IMG/VR virus record: IMGVR_UViG_3300027606_000001
Location: 1 to 51,406 of that record
Direction: 5' to 3' (one strand)
DNA length: 51,406 bases
Source of the DNA: a virus
The number at the start of each line of letters is the position of its first letter. Positions within the stretch are counted from its first letter, which is position 1. The position numbers and the translations under genes are program-made. This document shows positions 17,969-27,179 of this stretch, piece by piece. Below the pieces are notes generated by a model. The model was not told the origin of the DNA, searched no databases, and saw nothing but the letters and a program-made list of their open reading frames with translations.

Positions 17969-17983
17969 TTGGTTGTGGTGTGC

Positions 17984-18478
17984 TCAGCGGCGGTAGAGCA
18001 TGCCGCCAGGTCTGGTTTCCTTGCGGATTACCTCGCGAACAGCGTCGTGCAGGCTGCTCTCCTTCGCGTCGATCTCATCCCGCAGCGACGAGGCCATGGC
18101 TGACCGACCAACTGTCTCGCAGATAAAATCGAGCACAGCCCCAGCCCCTTTTGCTCGCGCCTTCTCGAACTCGCTTACGCCGAGGCCAATGCCGGCGGCC
18201 ACGTACTGACCGTTACTGTTCTGCTCGAGCCTTATCGACCAGCGCGCTGGGTCAACGATCTGCTGGCAGCTGATGTCTTGCTCGGGATTGCCTGCCTCTG
18301 GGTGCGAATTTCGAAGGGTGATCGACCCGCCACCCAGGTCCATCTCGATCAGGGGCTTACCCGCCGAATCGACAGCCTTGGATGTGATTTTCGCGCTCAC
18401 GGCGACCTGTCTGACCAGGCCTTCGTTGATGAAGATGACCCCGTCAACCACGATGAACGGCTTATCTGGGCTTTGCAT
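17984..18478 (-). CDS. Hypothetical protein whose N-terminus resembles the J C-terminal motif
   Basis: FINEGLVRQVAVSAKITSKAVDSAGKPLIEMDLGGGSITLR aligns with J FINSAFIQQLILGMTLRSQAVDSQGRPLIELNMVNGTFTLR. Confidence 0.6.
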   Translation of the reverse strand: MQSPDKPFIVVDGVIFINEGLVRQVAVSAKITSKAVDSAGKPLIEMDLGGGSITLRNSHPEAGNPEQDISCQQIVDPARWSIRLEQNSNGQYVAAGIGLGVSEFEKARAKGAGAVLDFICETVGRSAMASSLRDEIDAKESSLHDAVREVIRKETRPGGMLYRR

Positions 18479-18496
18479 TGATGCTCCTGATCGGCC

Positions 18497-18901
18497 TCAG
18501 TAGGCCCGGTATGGAATGGACAGGTTGACCTGGTACCAGCCGTGGCCGTCATCGCCGATGGTGCTGGCAGAGGCCGCATAGCACTCGAATGGACCGGTCG
18601 GGTCGCTGTAGAACTGGAAGTGCTGCACCAGCGTGTCAGCGGCCTTGGTGATGGCAAGGGTACCCTTGTAGCTGGGCACGAACAGCTGAATCATGATGAT
18701 GCCGGTACGGCGCACGCACGGGCCGATGCCGACCTCGGGCGCGCTGGACAGCCCTGGCACATCCGCCAGCCTGGCCCAGATCGGCTTGCCGGCCGGGTCG
18801 AATGGCGCGCTGTTATTCGGGTAGTCCACTGCTCCAGCCGGAATACCGGCCCACTGCTGCATGCGGCCGATCACGATGCCGCGGATCTGTTCGAAGGTCA
18901 T
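18497..18901 (-). CDS. Tail terminator protein (U-like, DUF4128-type by recall)
   Basis: 134 aa, positioned between the HK97 gp10-like gene and the tail tube module. Confidence 0.6.
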   Translation of the reverse strand: MTFEQIRGIVIGRMQQWAGIPAGAVDYPNNSAPFDPAGKPIWARLADVPGLSSAPEVGIGPCVRRTGIIMIQLFVPSYKGTLAITKAADTLVQHFQFYSDPTGPFECYAASASTIGDDGHGWYQVNLSIPYRAY

Positions 18902-19287
18902 GAGCTGTAGGCCTGGGAAACACCGTTGAACGACACCGCATAGACGCCGCCGGGCGCCTGCTTCGAATGGCCGTCCTCCAGCGCGGTGGCGTATGGAAGG
19001 TTGTTCTGGATATAGACCTGCGTGTACGGCTCCAGGCCGCTCATCGCGGATAGGCCGCGCTGGATGGTCTCAGACCCCGATGGATCGAGGTTCTCGCTGC
19101 TGGCATACACTGGCGCGCCCACGCTCACGATGTTGTTACCCCGGAATCGGCCGGTATCGACCGGCGACCGCAGCACGATCTCGTTAAGCATGGCCAGAGC
19201 GATGACCCGTACGCGCTGGGTAAGCTCCTCCTCAACCACGCCCGCGAACAGGCTCGGCGGTGTGCTCCACCCTCTTCCGTTGGCCAT
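18898..19287 (-). CDS. Head-tail joining protein (HK97 gp10-like)
   Basis: 129 aa from MANGRGW (SD gaggaag); VDTGRFRGNN is a motif typical of the gp10 family. Confidence 0.65.
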   Translation of the reverse strand: MANGRGWSTPPSLFAGVVEEELTQRVRVIALAMLNEIVLRSPVDTGRFRGNNIVSVGAPVYASSENLDPSGSETIQRGLSAMSGLEPYTQVYIQNNLPYATALEDGHSKQAPGGVYAVSFNGVSQAYSS

Positions 19288-19289
19288 GG

Positions 19290-19670
19290 TCACTTCCTCA
19301 GCTGGATTTCGTAGTGCGCCGACGCTGGGTCCACGCCTGGGCTGACGATGCGGTATACGGCTGGCTGCCCTGTGATCAGGTCGGTGACCGTGATCTGGTG
19401 CCCGACCGCCGGCTTGTCCGTGACTTCGTTGGCCAGGCAAATCAGCAGCAGGTCGCCAACTAGGATGTTCAGGCCGTCGATGCGCCGGCTGTCGTAGCTG
19501 TCGAGTACGCCGCGCCCGGTGTACGTCACCGGCTGCGCCGTTGTCGTCTCGTTGATCGGGTCCCACACGCCAGGCCCCATGTAGGTTCCGGTAAACGTCG
19601 ACACCGCGTCGGCCAGGTCTTCATCGAAGGCCCCGGCCAGGTCTACCTGGATTTCGTCGCGGAGGCCCAT
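19290..19670 (-). CDS. Head-tail adaptor / head closure protein
   Basis: 126 aa; assigned by position in the connector gene series. Confidence 0.5.
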   Translation of the reverse strand: MGLRDEIQVDLAGAFDEDLADAVSTFTGTYMGPGVWDPINETTTAQPVTYTGRGVLDSYDSRRIDGLNILVGDLLLICLANEVTDKPAVGHQITVTDLITGQPAVYRIVSPGVDPASAHYEIQLRK

Positions 19671-19672
19671 GG

Positions 19673-20065
19673 CTACCCCCTTTTCACAGCAAAGGCGAAC
19701 GGATTGCTGCGCCAGGGCGTCAGCAGGGCCAGTGCCAGCTGCACACAGGCTGGCTGGGCGACAGTGCTGGTCTTGTCGATCGAGCCGAAGGTCTTACTGG
19801 TCGATACCGACCCGGCCTTGACCGTCTTCGCCTCGAGCGAGCCCTCGGTCTGCTGCTGGTACAGCTTGCCCTGCGAGGCGCATTTTGCCAGCCTGGCGCC
19901 AGCCTGCTTTACATCGTCAGGGATGTTGTCCATGTCGATGCCGACCAGGTTGAGCGCGGTCAGATAGGCATTTGCCTCGAAGACCGCATCGTCCTTCAGC
20001 TCTGGAGCTGCCCAGTCAGGCCCGAGGATGGCGTCTACGTCGGCCACAGTGATGTAGGTAGCCAT
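19673..20065 (-). CDS. Head-tail connector protein (gp6-like)
   Basis: The N-terminus MATYITVADVDAILG... is typical of phage head-tail connector proteins. Confidence 0.55.
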   Translation of the reverse strand: MATYITVADVDAILGPDWAAPELKDDAVFEANAYLTALNLVGIDMDNIPDDVKQAGARLAKCASQGKLYQQQTEGSLEAKTVKAGSVSTSKTFGSIDKTSTVAQPACVQLALALLTPWRSNPFAFAVKRG

Positions 20066-20104
20066 CAGGCCTCCGCTTAAATGAGTGGGGCCAAGGCCCC
20101 GGGA

Positions 20105-20707
20105 TTACTGCTGGCCGAGTTCGGCTACCTGCTTCTGCAGCGACTCTTTCGAGGCGTTGGAGCGGTAGGAGACATTCGCGGCGTCGAGCTTGGCCTTCAG
20201 CGCCTCGACCTCGGGGTCAGCGTTTGCTGCCTTGAGGGATTCGATTTGCTTGAGCAGTTCGGCATTCTTCTTCAGCAACTCTGCCTTCTCCTGCTCCAGG
20301 CCTGCGACCTTCTGCACTTCGCCGTCGCGCTCACGCTGCAGGCTGGAAATGCCAGCATTCACCGCCTCCAGCACCTCGAACAGGCGCGACGCGGTTTCGC
20401 CCAGGTCACCAGAAGGTCGCTCCAAGCTCTGGCCCGCGAACGATTCGACGATCACGCCGATGGAGCCGAGCTCAGCGGTCAAGCGATCGACAACGTCCGG
20501 GCTCAAACTGCCGGCCTCAACGACTACCGCCAGGGCCTGCAGCTCGGGGCGAATGGTTACCTCGGGAACGTCTTTGGCAGCGCCTTTGCGACCCTCCGCC
20601 ACATTGGCGTCGACAATGACCAGCCCGTGTTCCCGGGCGAGTTCCTTGACGTTCTCCTGGTACTGGTGGAACGGCCCAGGCAGGTACCAGATGTTGTTTC
20701 TACTCAT
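20105..20707 (-). CDS. Hypothetical coiled-coil protein between the capsid and connector genes
   Basis: 200 aa; SD gagga; C-terminal heptad-like region and a HeH-like tail (recall). Confidence 0.6.
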   Translation of the reverse strand: MSRNNIWYLPGPFHQYQENVKELAREHGLVIVDANVAEGRKGAAKDVPEVTIRPELQALAVVVEAGSLSPDVVDRLTAELGSIGVIVESFAGQSLERPSGDLGETASRLFEVLEAVNAGISSLQRERDGEVQKVAGLEQEKAELLKKNAELLKQIESLKAANADPEVEALKAKLDAANVSYRSNASKESLQKQVAELGQQ

Positions 20708-20755
20708 GCGCTTGTCCTCAGCAGGCTAAGCCATCGGCCCAGCCCGCCATCAGGG

Positions 20756-21724
20756 TTACTTGGAAGCGTCACCGATCAGAGCAACACCGGCGGTGTGCTT
20801 GATGCTGGTGGCGGTCTTGTCCCAGTTGGTGCCGGTGGCGATCTCGGCATCGGTCGGGGATTTGCCGCCGTTGGTTTGATCCCAGGTGTAGCCCTTGAGG
20901 CCCAGGCCGAAGTCGTAGTCCACCTGCAGGGTGGTCTCGATGCGCTCCTTGCCGTTGGTGGTCGACACGTTGCTGACCATGTTGCGGCCGTCGTGCACCA
21001 GTGCGGCGCCCTGAACCAGGGAAAGGATGATTTCCTTGTTCGGGGTGCCCGCCTGCATCAGTGCCGGGGCATCGGTGACCACCGAGACCTTGCCCAGGAT
21101 GTCAACAACGCGGACGTTGCCAGCCTGGAACAGCTGCTCGGAGTTGGTCAGGGCCTGGCCGATCAGCTTGTGGTAGGTGGTGCCCTGCATCACCTGGGTT
21201 ACCAGGTTCTGGCTGGCGTCACCGAACTTGGCGTGGGCGTTGTTGAGACCGACCTGAGTGATGCCAGCGGTTGCCGAGACATCGTTTACGGCAGCGGCCT
21301 GGGCAGTGATCGCAGCAACCAGCGCAGCGATGGCGGTGTTCAGCTGGTCCTTCAGCAGGATCTCAGCGAACGCCCGGGATGCCACCTCGACGCCTTGAGC
21401 GGTTGGGCGCTCCAGCCAGGTCATCTGCGACGGCTCGTAGCGAACCGGGCCGAAGCCGCCGGCCACCTTCACCGAGGTGTTTTTCAGCTCGGTCAGGTCG
21501 GTGATCGGAGCAGCGCCGTTGGCTGCGTAGCGATCGACGCGGCGTTGGGCTGCGGCCAGGGTCTGGAAGAACGACTCTTGGAGGAAGTCGCCGGTGAACC
21601 CGTCCGGGGACAGCACGATGGCGCCGCGGCTGGCGGCGTTGAACGCAACGAGCATCTGATCCAGCGTCTCGATGGTCGCCGGCATGATGTACTCGTTGAA
21701 AACCTGCATTTGCGACAGGGACAT
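20756..21724 (-). CDS. Major capsid protein
   Basis: 322 aa directly after the scaffold gene; SD aaggaa; composition typical of major capsid proteins. Confidence 0.8.
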   Translation of the reverse strand: MSLSQMQVFNEYIMPATIETLDQMLVAFNAASRGAIVLSPDGFTGDFLQESFFQTLAAAQRRVDRYAANGAAPITDLTELKNTSVKVAGGFGPVRYEPSQMTWLERPTAQGVEVASRAFAEILLKDQLNTAIAALVAAITAQAAAVNDVSATAGITQVGLNNAHAKFGDASQNLVTQVMQGTTYHKLIGQALTNSEQLFQAGNVRVVDILGKVSVVTDAPALMQAGTPNKEIILSLVQGAALVHDGRNMVSNVSTTNGKERIETTLQVDYDFGLGLKGYTWDQTNGGKSPTDAEIATGTNWDKTATSIKHTAGVALIGDASK

Positions 21725-21736
21725 AGGTGTTTTTCC

Positions 21737-22447
21737 TTACGATTGAGGGAGGTCTGGGAACCGGCTGGCGATGGCCGCCGTGCGTTCCGCTTTGTTACCG
21801 CCGAAATTGCCTTTTGCGGCCCCGCCGCCCTTTCCAGCACCCCCGGCCCCGCCGCCAGATGCCTTGCTGCCAGCGATCAGCGGGCCAAAGGCCGGATCGT
21901 TGGTGAATTCTGCTTTCAGCTCGTCCAGCGTTGCCGCCGAGAGCTTGCCGGCGGCGTCCAGCACCACAACGGTTGGTTTACCGTCGCGCTGCTCGACGCT
22001 CAGCCGGCGTTCGATATGAGGAAGCAATGCCTTGGCGCTGCCTGGCACGGCCAGAGCAGTCGCGATCTCGGTAGCGGTGCGGCCCACGGTCAGATCCCGG
22101 ATCTGGCCTTGCAGGGTGGCGCGCTCGCTTTCGAGGGTGCCGGTCAGCTCAGCTTCGCGGCGGTTGTACTTCTCGGACCAGGACTTTTCGAGCTCCTCGA
22201 CGTTGCCCGACTTGCGGGCTGCCTCCTCGGCCTCGGCGCGCGCCTTTTCTTCGGCCTCGCGACGGGCTTTCTCGGCGGCCTTCTTCTCGCCCAGGAGTTC
22301 CTCCACCTTGGCCTTCAGGCCGGTGACATCCTCCTGCTGCGGCAGCCCATCGATGCCCAGGACGAACTTGCCGTCCTTCTCGACGTACAGGGCTGCTACC
22401 GATTCTTCGACGCCTTCGAGGCTGTCCAGTTGGAATTTCAAGGTCAT
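21737..22447 (-). CDS. Scaffolding protein
   Basis: 236 aa from MTLKFQLD; a charged EEKARAEAEEAARK coiled coil and a Gly-rich C-terminal tail; precedes the capsid gene. Confidence 0.75.
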   Translation of the reverse strand: MTLKFQLDSLEGVEESVAALYVEKDGKFVLGIDGLPQQEDVTGLKAKVEELLGEKKAAEKARREAEEKARAEAEEAARKSGNVEELEKSWSEKYNRREAELTGTLESERATLQGQIRDLTVGRTATEIATALAVPGSAKALLPHIERRLSVEQRDGKPTVVVLDAAGKLSAATLDELKAEFTNDPAFGPLIAGSKASGGGAGGAGKGGGAAKGNFGGNKAERTAAIASRFPDLPQS

Positions 22448-22489
22448 TGCTGTCTCCCAGAGACGTTGAGCAGGCCCTGCCTGCGGGTA

Positions 22490-22516
22490 CAAAAAAGCCC
22501 CGGCTCAGCCAGGGCT
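22490..22516 (-). terminator. Intrinsic terminator upstream of the scaffold gene
   Basis: Minus strand: gccctggc-tga-gccggggc (one G-U pair) followed by ttttttg. Confidence 0.65.
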
Positions 22517-22526
22517 TGGAAATTGC

Positions 22527-22561
22527 GCGCCACGAAAAGGAGGCGCTGTGTTTTGTGGCGC
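22527..22561. repeat. Palindromic element copy a (GCGCCAC-N21-GTGGCGC)
   Basis: gcgccacgaaaaggaggcgctgtgttttgtggcgc. Confidence 0.8.
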
Positions 22562-22564
22562 TGA

Positions 22565-23620
22565 TCAGTTCAGACCGGCCCGCTCGAAAGCCATCGGCTC
22601 ACGCTCGCGCAGCTGCTTGAGGGTCAGGGTCCGGCCGTCATCGTCCACAAACCGGTCGATGGTGAGCTCGCCCTTGCTGAACAGCTTGTAGCGAGCCGGG
22701 CCGAGCACATCCTCTTGGAACGCTGCCGGCTGGCGTGCGAGCCATTCACCGTAGGTAGTCTTGCTGCTGACCAGTTCGGCGCCATCAGGACCAACCGCTG
22801 GGCGAGTCGAGCCGGGTATGTCCCGGGCAAACTCGTCCTTGAGCACCGGTATTTCGGTGGTCCGGCAATTCCAGTGGAATGGTGGCGACGGCGCTGTCAT
22901 GGGCACCACAGTGCCGTCCAGCGCCCGGCACAGCGGCGTGGTCCTGCCGTCCAGCGTGGCGACCCGGCGCTTACCCTTCAGGATGTCGTCGTTGTCGGCC
23001 ATGACTTGCGACCTCGCCGAACTGGCGATGTGGTTGGTCATGGTACGCACCAGCGCCCCGGCCTGGTCGCGCTGCTGCACGCCAAGCGATGTGAGCCGGC
23101 GGCTGATCTGGTCAGTCGTCTCGCCCAGCGCCGACCCCATGCGAATCTCGCTGATGATCTCGGCGCTCTTCTTGGTGCCGTACTGGTCGAGCGCGCCGGC
23201 GATGCTGATGCGCTGCCGGCCCTTGCCGACCTCAAGGTCGAGCGGATCGGCCAGCGCTGCAGCTGCCACCTGCTCGATGCTGGGCTTGCTCAGCTGCACC
23301 ACCGTCTTCACGACCTTGCCCAGCAGGGTCATGTTGAACTCGGCTTCATACCCGGCGAATTCCGTCAGGTTGAGCACGGCCTGCTGCTTCATCTCGCCGT
23401 ACACGCTCGCCAGCTCGCCCTGCAGCTCCTGAATCTGCTTCTCGTACCTTTGGGTTCCGTAACGGCTCAATCCCTCTGATACGCGCGATTTGGCGGCGAT
23501 GATGGCCTTCGTGATGAATTTGGCCAGGCGCTTGAGGCTACCGCCGGCGTAGCGCTGCACGTGCACCTGGTGGCGAGTCGCTGCGTCCGACAGGTAGCCA
23601 TCACTGCTCATCTGCGCCAT
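22565..23620 (-). CDS. Head morphogenesis protein (SPP1 gp7 / Mu F-like)
   Basis: 351 aa after the portal gene; the region ATLDGRTTPLCRALDG...PPFHWNCR is characteristic of the Mu F family; alternative start at 23611. Confidence 0.8.
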   Translation of the reverse strand: MAQMSSDGYLSDAATRHQVHVQRYAGGSLKRLAKFITKAIIAAKSRVSEGLSRYGTQRYEKQIQELQGELASVYGEMKQQAVLNLTEFAGYEAEFNMTLLGKVVKTVVQLSKPSIEQVAAAALADPLDLEVGKGRQRISIAGALDQYGTKKSAEIISEIRMGSALGETTDQISRRLTSLGVQQRDQAGALVRTMTNHIASSARSQVMADNDDILKGKRRVATLDGRTTPLCRALDGTVVPMTAPSPPFHWNCRTTEIPVLKDEFARDIPGSTRPAVGPDGAELVSSKTTYGEWLARQPAAFQEDVLGPARYKLFSKGELTIDRFVDDDGRTLTLKQLREREPMAFERAGLN

Positions 23621-25025
23621 CTCCGGTGTCGTTGCCGGTCACCGGCGGCTGCTCGGCCAGTTCATCGTCGATCAGCTCGTCGGTGCGGTCGGCCTCAAGC
23701 ACACCGCCCTGGCGCAGGTTGGTGCGCAGGTCGGACTTCGCGATGATGCCCTGCTGCCAGAGCTGGACTTGAGCCAGGATGTCCTGGGCAGTCATGGTCT
23801 CGTCGAAGAACGACTGGTTGAGCCAGAAGACCGTCCCAGCCTCGTCCGGCTCGCCCATCATGAAGCGCTCAGCATCGAGGATGGCCCGTTTCAGGGCCTC
23901 GGACACGTTGCCCGCGATAGTGCCCAGCACGCTGTTGTCCGAGCTGTAGCGGATGCGCACGGCCTCGGCCGTCTCGGCTCCGCCCGCCTTCTGCACGATG
24001 CGGGCGCCGATCATCAGCATCTGTTCTTCCTTGTCCTTCAGCAGCGTGCGGGCCAGCTGACTCTCGGTTGCCTGGACAAGGGTCGCGGTTCCGCTCTTGC
24101 CCAGGTTGTAACCCCGGGTCGATCCGATGTGCATCCCGTTCGGATTCACCTTGGCGAACTCGTCAGCGCTGATGTCGGTGGTGATGAACAGGGTGGGCTG
24201 GCTGCTGATGAAGCCGCTCTCCTCCACCGTGGCGCTGTTGCCGTAGTGGAGGATGTTCACATCAGCCAGATCTTCCAGTGGCGACTTGTCGATGCTGGCG
24301 TCGTTGTCCTCGGCCCCGTAGAAGCTGAACAGGATGTGGTCGAATGGCTGGCCATTCTTGTCGAGCGGCTGGGTTTCCGTGTAGGTCTTGCCGTCCTTTC
24401 CGTAGACGCGCTGGACGTACTTGCCGTCAATCAGCAGCAAAACCCGGTACTGGGTGTCCTTGGTGCGATCGAGGTTTTCCTGGCTGAATTCGGACACGCA
24501 TTCAAGCAGGCAGACGTAGACCAGGCGCAAGACGCCATCAATGACCTGCTCTTCCCAGTCGATGATCGAGGTTGCGCCGTAATGGTGGATCAGCGCTCGC
24601 CGGCCCTGCATATCGGCCATGGAGGACACACCCTCAACTGGCGGGAAGTCCACCAGGAAACCGCCACGCCCGGTGTCCAGGCACTCGCCCACAGAGCGCT
24701 TGGAAAGCTGCTCCAGGCTCGTGCCGTCGCCGCTGGCGTTCTCCTTCAGGTACTCCACGCCGGCGGGCAGCTGCAGCTCGGCTGTCTTGCGGAAAACTGC
24801 TCCCAGCAGGCCAGTGCGCGTGCGCCCGGTGACGTTGAGGAACATCGCCCGCTTCTTGTACTGCTTGTACCGCGCCAGGTTTTCCGAAGACTTGTTCTCC
24901 GGGTCAGGCATCGGCAGATATTCGTCGTGCTTGCGCACCTCGCGGGCGCCGGCCACGCAGCGTTTGACCAGCTGCCAGCCGGGCAAGGCCTCCGAGTACT
25001 CTGCCCGGGGAATGAAGTTCGGCAT
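23601..25025 (-). CDS. Portal protein
   Basis: 474 aa from MPNFIPRAEY, directly after terL; acidic C-terminus. Confidence 0.8.
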   Translation of the reverse strand: MPNFIPRAEYSEALPGWQLVKRCVAGAREVRKHDEYLPMPDPENKSSENLARYKQYKKRAMFLNVTGRTRTGLLGAVFRKTAELQLPAGVEYLKENASGDGTSLEQLSKRSVGECLDTGRGGFLVDFPPVEGVSSMADMQGRRALIHHYGATSIIDWEEQVIDGVLRLVYVCLLECVSEFSQENLDRTKDTQYRVLLLIDGKYVQRVYGKDGKTYTETQPLDKNGQPFDHILFSFYGAEDNDASIDKSPLEDLADVNILHYGNSATVEESGFISSQPTLFITTDISADEFAKVNPNGMHIGSTRGYNLGKSGTATLVQATESQLARTLLKDKEEQMLMIGARIVQKAGGAETAEAVRIRYSSDNSVLGTIAGNVSEALKRAILDAERFMMGEPDEAGTVFWLNQSFFDETMTAQDILAQVQLWQQGIIAKSDLRTNLRQGGVLEADRTDELIDDELAEQPPVTGNDTGDGADEQ

Positions 25026-25033
25026 GGGTGGCC

Positions 25034-26521
25034 TCAGAAAGTGAACGTGATAGGTACGTGCTTGACCACGGAGCGCTTGGTCTTGGCCACGGCGAAGTAA
25101 CGGAAGGCGTCGGACGGGTGAGATGACCAGTCGTGTAAGGGCTTGTCTTTCCAGCAGCCGCGCTTGTCGTCCCACTCCTTGCGGTAGCTCTCCAGGGCAG
25201 TGATACCCTCCTCGCACTTGGCCTCGTCGAAGGCGCAGTTAGGGAGGATTTCCCGGGCCTGCTCGATGCCTTCGTCTACGCCGAGCTTCGGCACCACCTG
25301 GAAGGTCAGCGAATAGCGCTGTCCGTCTATCTCGTAGCCCTCTCGCGCGAGTTCACGCCGAGTCTTGCCGTCGCTACCAAATTCTCGGTTGTCGATGTCA
25401 TGGGGGCCCCAGTGCTCGCCGTAGGTGTAGCCGCGATCCTTGAGCACCTTCATGTAGTGCCGTAGGCCTTCGCCGCTGTTCTGGTAGAAGTCGACGATGT
25501 GGTACTCCTCGCCGACGATCCTGACGAACCAGATGGCCGTGGAGTCGCCCACGCCGATGTCCCAGAACGTGTGCACCGGCAGGTGACTGTTGTCTGGTAG
25601 CTTGCCTATCCGCTGGGCGGCGTAGAGCTTGGTGAACTGCTTGGCGTAGTAGGCGCCTTCGATAGTCTGCTGGAATGCCTCGGCAGGTATCGACGGGTAT
25701 TCCCGCTTCATGTCGTCGCCGAGGGTCTTTTCCTTGGCGGCGTACCAGGCGCGCTGGCCTGGGTTGGTGACGATCCCGTGCTTGGCGGCCAGGTCATCGA
25801 AATACTTGGTGAGTCGGTCCGGAATCAGGACGTCGGTCGGATCCAACCAGTAGAGCGGGTTCCGCCACCAGCTGAAGAAAAAGAACTTCCAGTCAAGCAG
25901 GCCCAGGGGCACGCCGGCCAGCTGCTGCTTCTCGGCAGACTGGCTGTAGTCGAAGAAATACCCGGCCCGGCCTTCTGCCGTCGATTCGATGGTGACGAAA
26001 CACTCAGCGGCCACGGCCTCGAACGCACCCGTGACAATCTCCCGCGCCTTGTGCGGGAATTTGGCGCAGATCTTCCCGAATTCGGAAACGTGCAGGTATC
26101 GCAGCGTGCCGCCCCGGAATGAGGTGGACACGTACAGCGACCCACCCTTGCTGAACACCAGCTCACCCGCGGCGTCATTGCGCGCCGGGTTGGCCGCCTT
26201 GATCTCTTTCGGCAGGTTGTCGTAAGCGTACTTCACCTTCTCCCGGAACAGGCGCTTGGCGTCGTTCAGGGTGTGAGCAATTAGCGCGCACTTGGCAGCC
26301 TCGAACAGCGCGGCATCCAGCTGGACGATGCACACCAGCGTGGTGAACCCAAGCTGCCGGGCCTTGAGGATGATGTTGCGGGTGTGCATCCCCTGGAAGT
26401 AGTCGATCTGCTCCTGGGTCATCCGGAAGCGGACCTTCTTTCCCTGCTTGTCCGTGATGAAGTACAGGTTGTTCAGCCGCCAGAACCGATCCCGGAGCAG
26501 CTTCATGTGCTCGGGTTTCAT
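25034..26521 (-). CDS. terL: Terminase large subunit
   Basis: 495 aa; the ATPase region ILKARQLGFTT is Walker-A-like, with a nuclease-type C-terminal half; follows terS. Confidence 0.85.
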   Translation of the reverse strand: MKPEHMKLLRDRFWRLNNLYFITDKQGKKVRFRMTQEQIDYFQGMHTRNIILKARQLGFTTLVCIVQLDAALFEAAKCALIAHTLNDAKRLFREKVKYAYDNLPKEIKAANPARNDAAGELVFSKGGSLYVSTSFRGGTLRYLHVSEFGKICAKFPHKAREIVTGAFEAVAAECFVTIESTAEGRAGYFFDYSQSAEKQQLAGVPLGLLDWKFFFFSWWRNPLYWLDPTDVLIPDRLTKYFDDLAAKHGIVTNPGQRAWYAAKEKTLGDDMKREYPSIPAEAFQQTIEGAYYAKQFTKLYAAQRIGKLPDNSHLPVHTFWDIGVGDSTAIWFVRIVGEEYHIVDFYQNSGEGLRHYMKVLKDRGYTYGEHWGPHDIDNREFGSDGKTRRELAREGYEIDGQRYSLTFQVVPKLGVDEGIEQAREILPNCAFDEAKCEEGITALESYRKEWDDKRGCWKDKPLHDWSSHPSDAFRYFAVAKTKRSVVKHVPITFTF

Positions 26522-26524
26522 GGG

Positions 26525-27133
26525 TCAGGCTTCCTTCGATAGTTCGTCCATCAGCTTGGATAGGGTGTCTTCCTCGCTACCGCCTTGTTTGACGTCAAGG
26601 TCATAGGCTTGGCGCTCCAGCGCAACCAGCGTCTTCAGCGTCTCGGCCAACTCCTTCATCGTCTTGGTGCGGCCGGGCAGATCGATGATCTTGTTGTACA
26701 GGTCGTTGCGCTTGTCCTGGCCATTGTCATCAGGATTGCGCATCAGCTCGCCTAGCTCTTCGAACAGGTGCCGGTTGTCGGTGAGACCTTCGAGCTCATC
26801 CAGCAGCTTGTTTGTCAGCCGACGGCTGCGGGAAATGTCTCCCCGGTGCGCCATGCGGATGTTGGCGATAACCTCGGCATTGAGCTCGATGATCTCTCTT
26901 TCGGTTTCCGCCTTTTTGCTGGAAACCTCTGTGGAAACCTCGCGCTTGGAAACCAGCGCATCAGCCTTTGCCTTGATCTTCGCCTTGAGGTCTCGATCCC
27001 AGCCTTCGCGCTTGGCGCGCTTGTTGATGGCGGTATGGGAGACCTCGTGCGCTGCTGCGATCTCTCGTACAGAAAGCACGCCGGCCCGGTAGGCTCGTTC
27101 GATCGCCTCCCAGTCGGGTTGCTTGGTTGTCAT
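26525..27133 (-). CDS. terS: Terminase small subunit (N-terminal HTH)
   Basis: 202 aa from MTTKQPDWEAIERAYRAGVLSVREIAAAHEVSHTAINKRAKREGW; precedes terL. Confidence 0.75.
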   Translation of the reverse strand: MTTKQPDWEAIERAYRAGVLSVREIAAAHEVSHTAINKRAKREGWDRDLKAKIKAKADALVSKREVSTEVSSKKAETEREIIELNAEVIANIRMAHRGDISRSRRLTNKLLDELEGLTDNRHLFEELGELMRNPDDNGQDKRNDLYNKIIDLPGRTKTMKELAETLKTLVALERQAYDLDVKQGGSEEDTLSKLMDELSKEA

Positions 27134-27143
27134 ATGTTCCCTC

Positions 27144-27178
27144 GCGCCACGAAACGGCGCACCTCTGTTTTGTGGCGC
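27144..27178. repeat. Palindromic element copy b (GCGCCAC-N21-GTGGCGC)
   Basis: gcgccacgaaacggcgcacctctgttttgtggcgc. Confidence 0.8.
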
Positions 27179-27179
27179 G

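Noticed and set aside
20081-22564. 827-aa plus-strand ORF
   Set aside because: It runs antisense to the well-supported capsid, scaffold and coiled-coil genes. The translation is low-complexity and rich in Leu, Gly, Ala and Arg, as is typical of the reverse frame of GC-rich genes. No SD or family signature.
23769-25100. 443-aa plus-strand ORF
   Set aside because: It is antisense to the portal gene, with the same GC-rich reverse-frame artefact. The same applies to 9803-10849, which is antisense to the tape measure gene.
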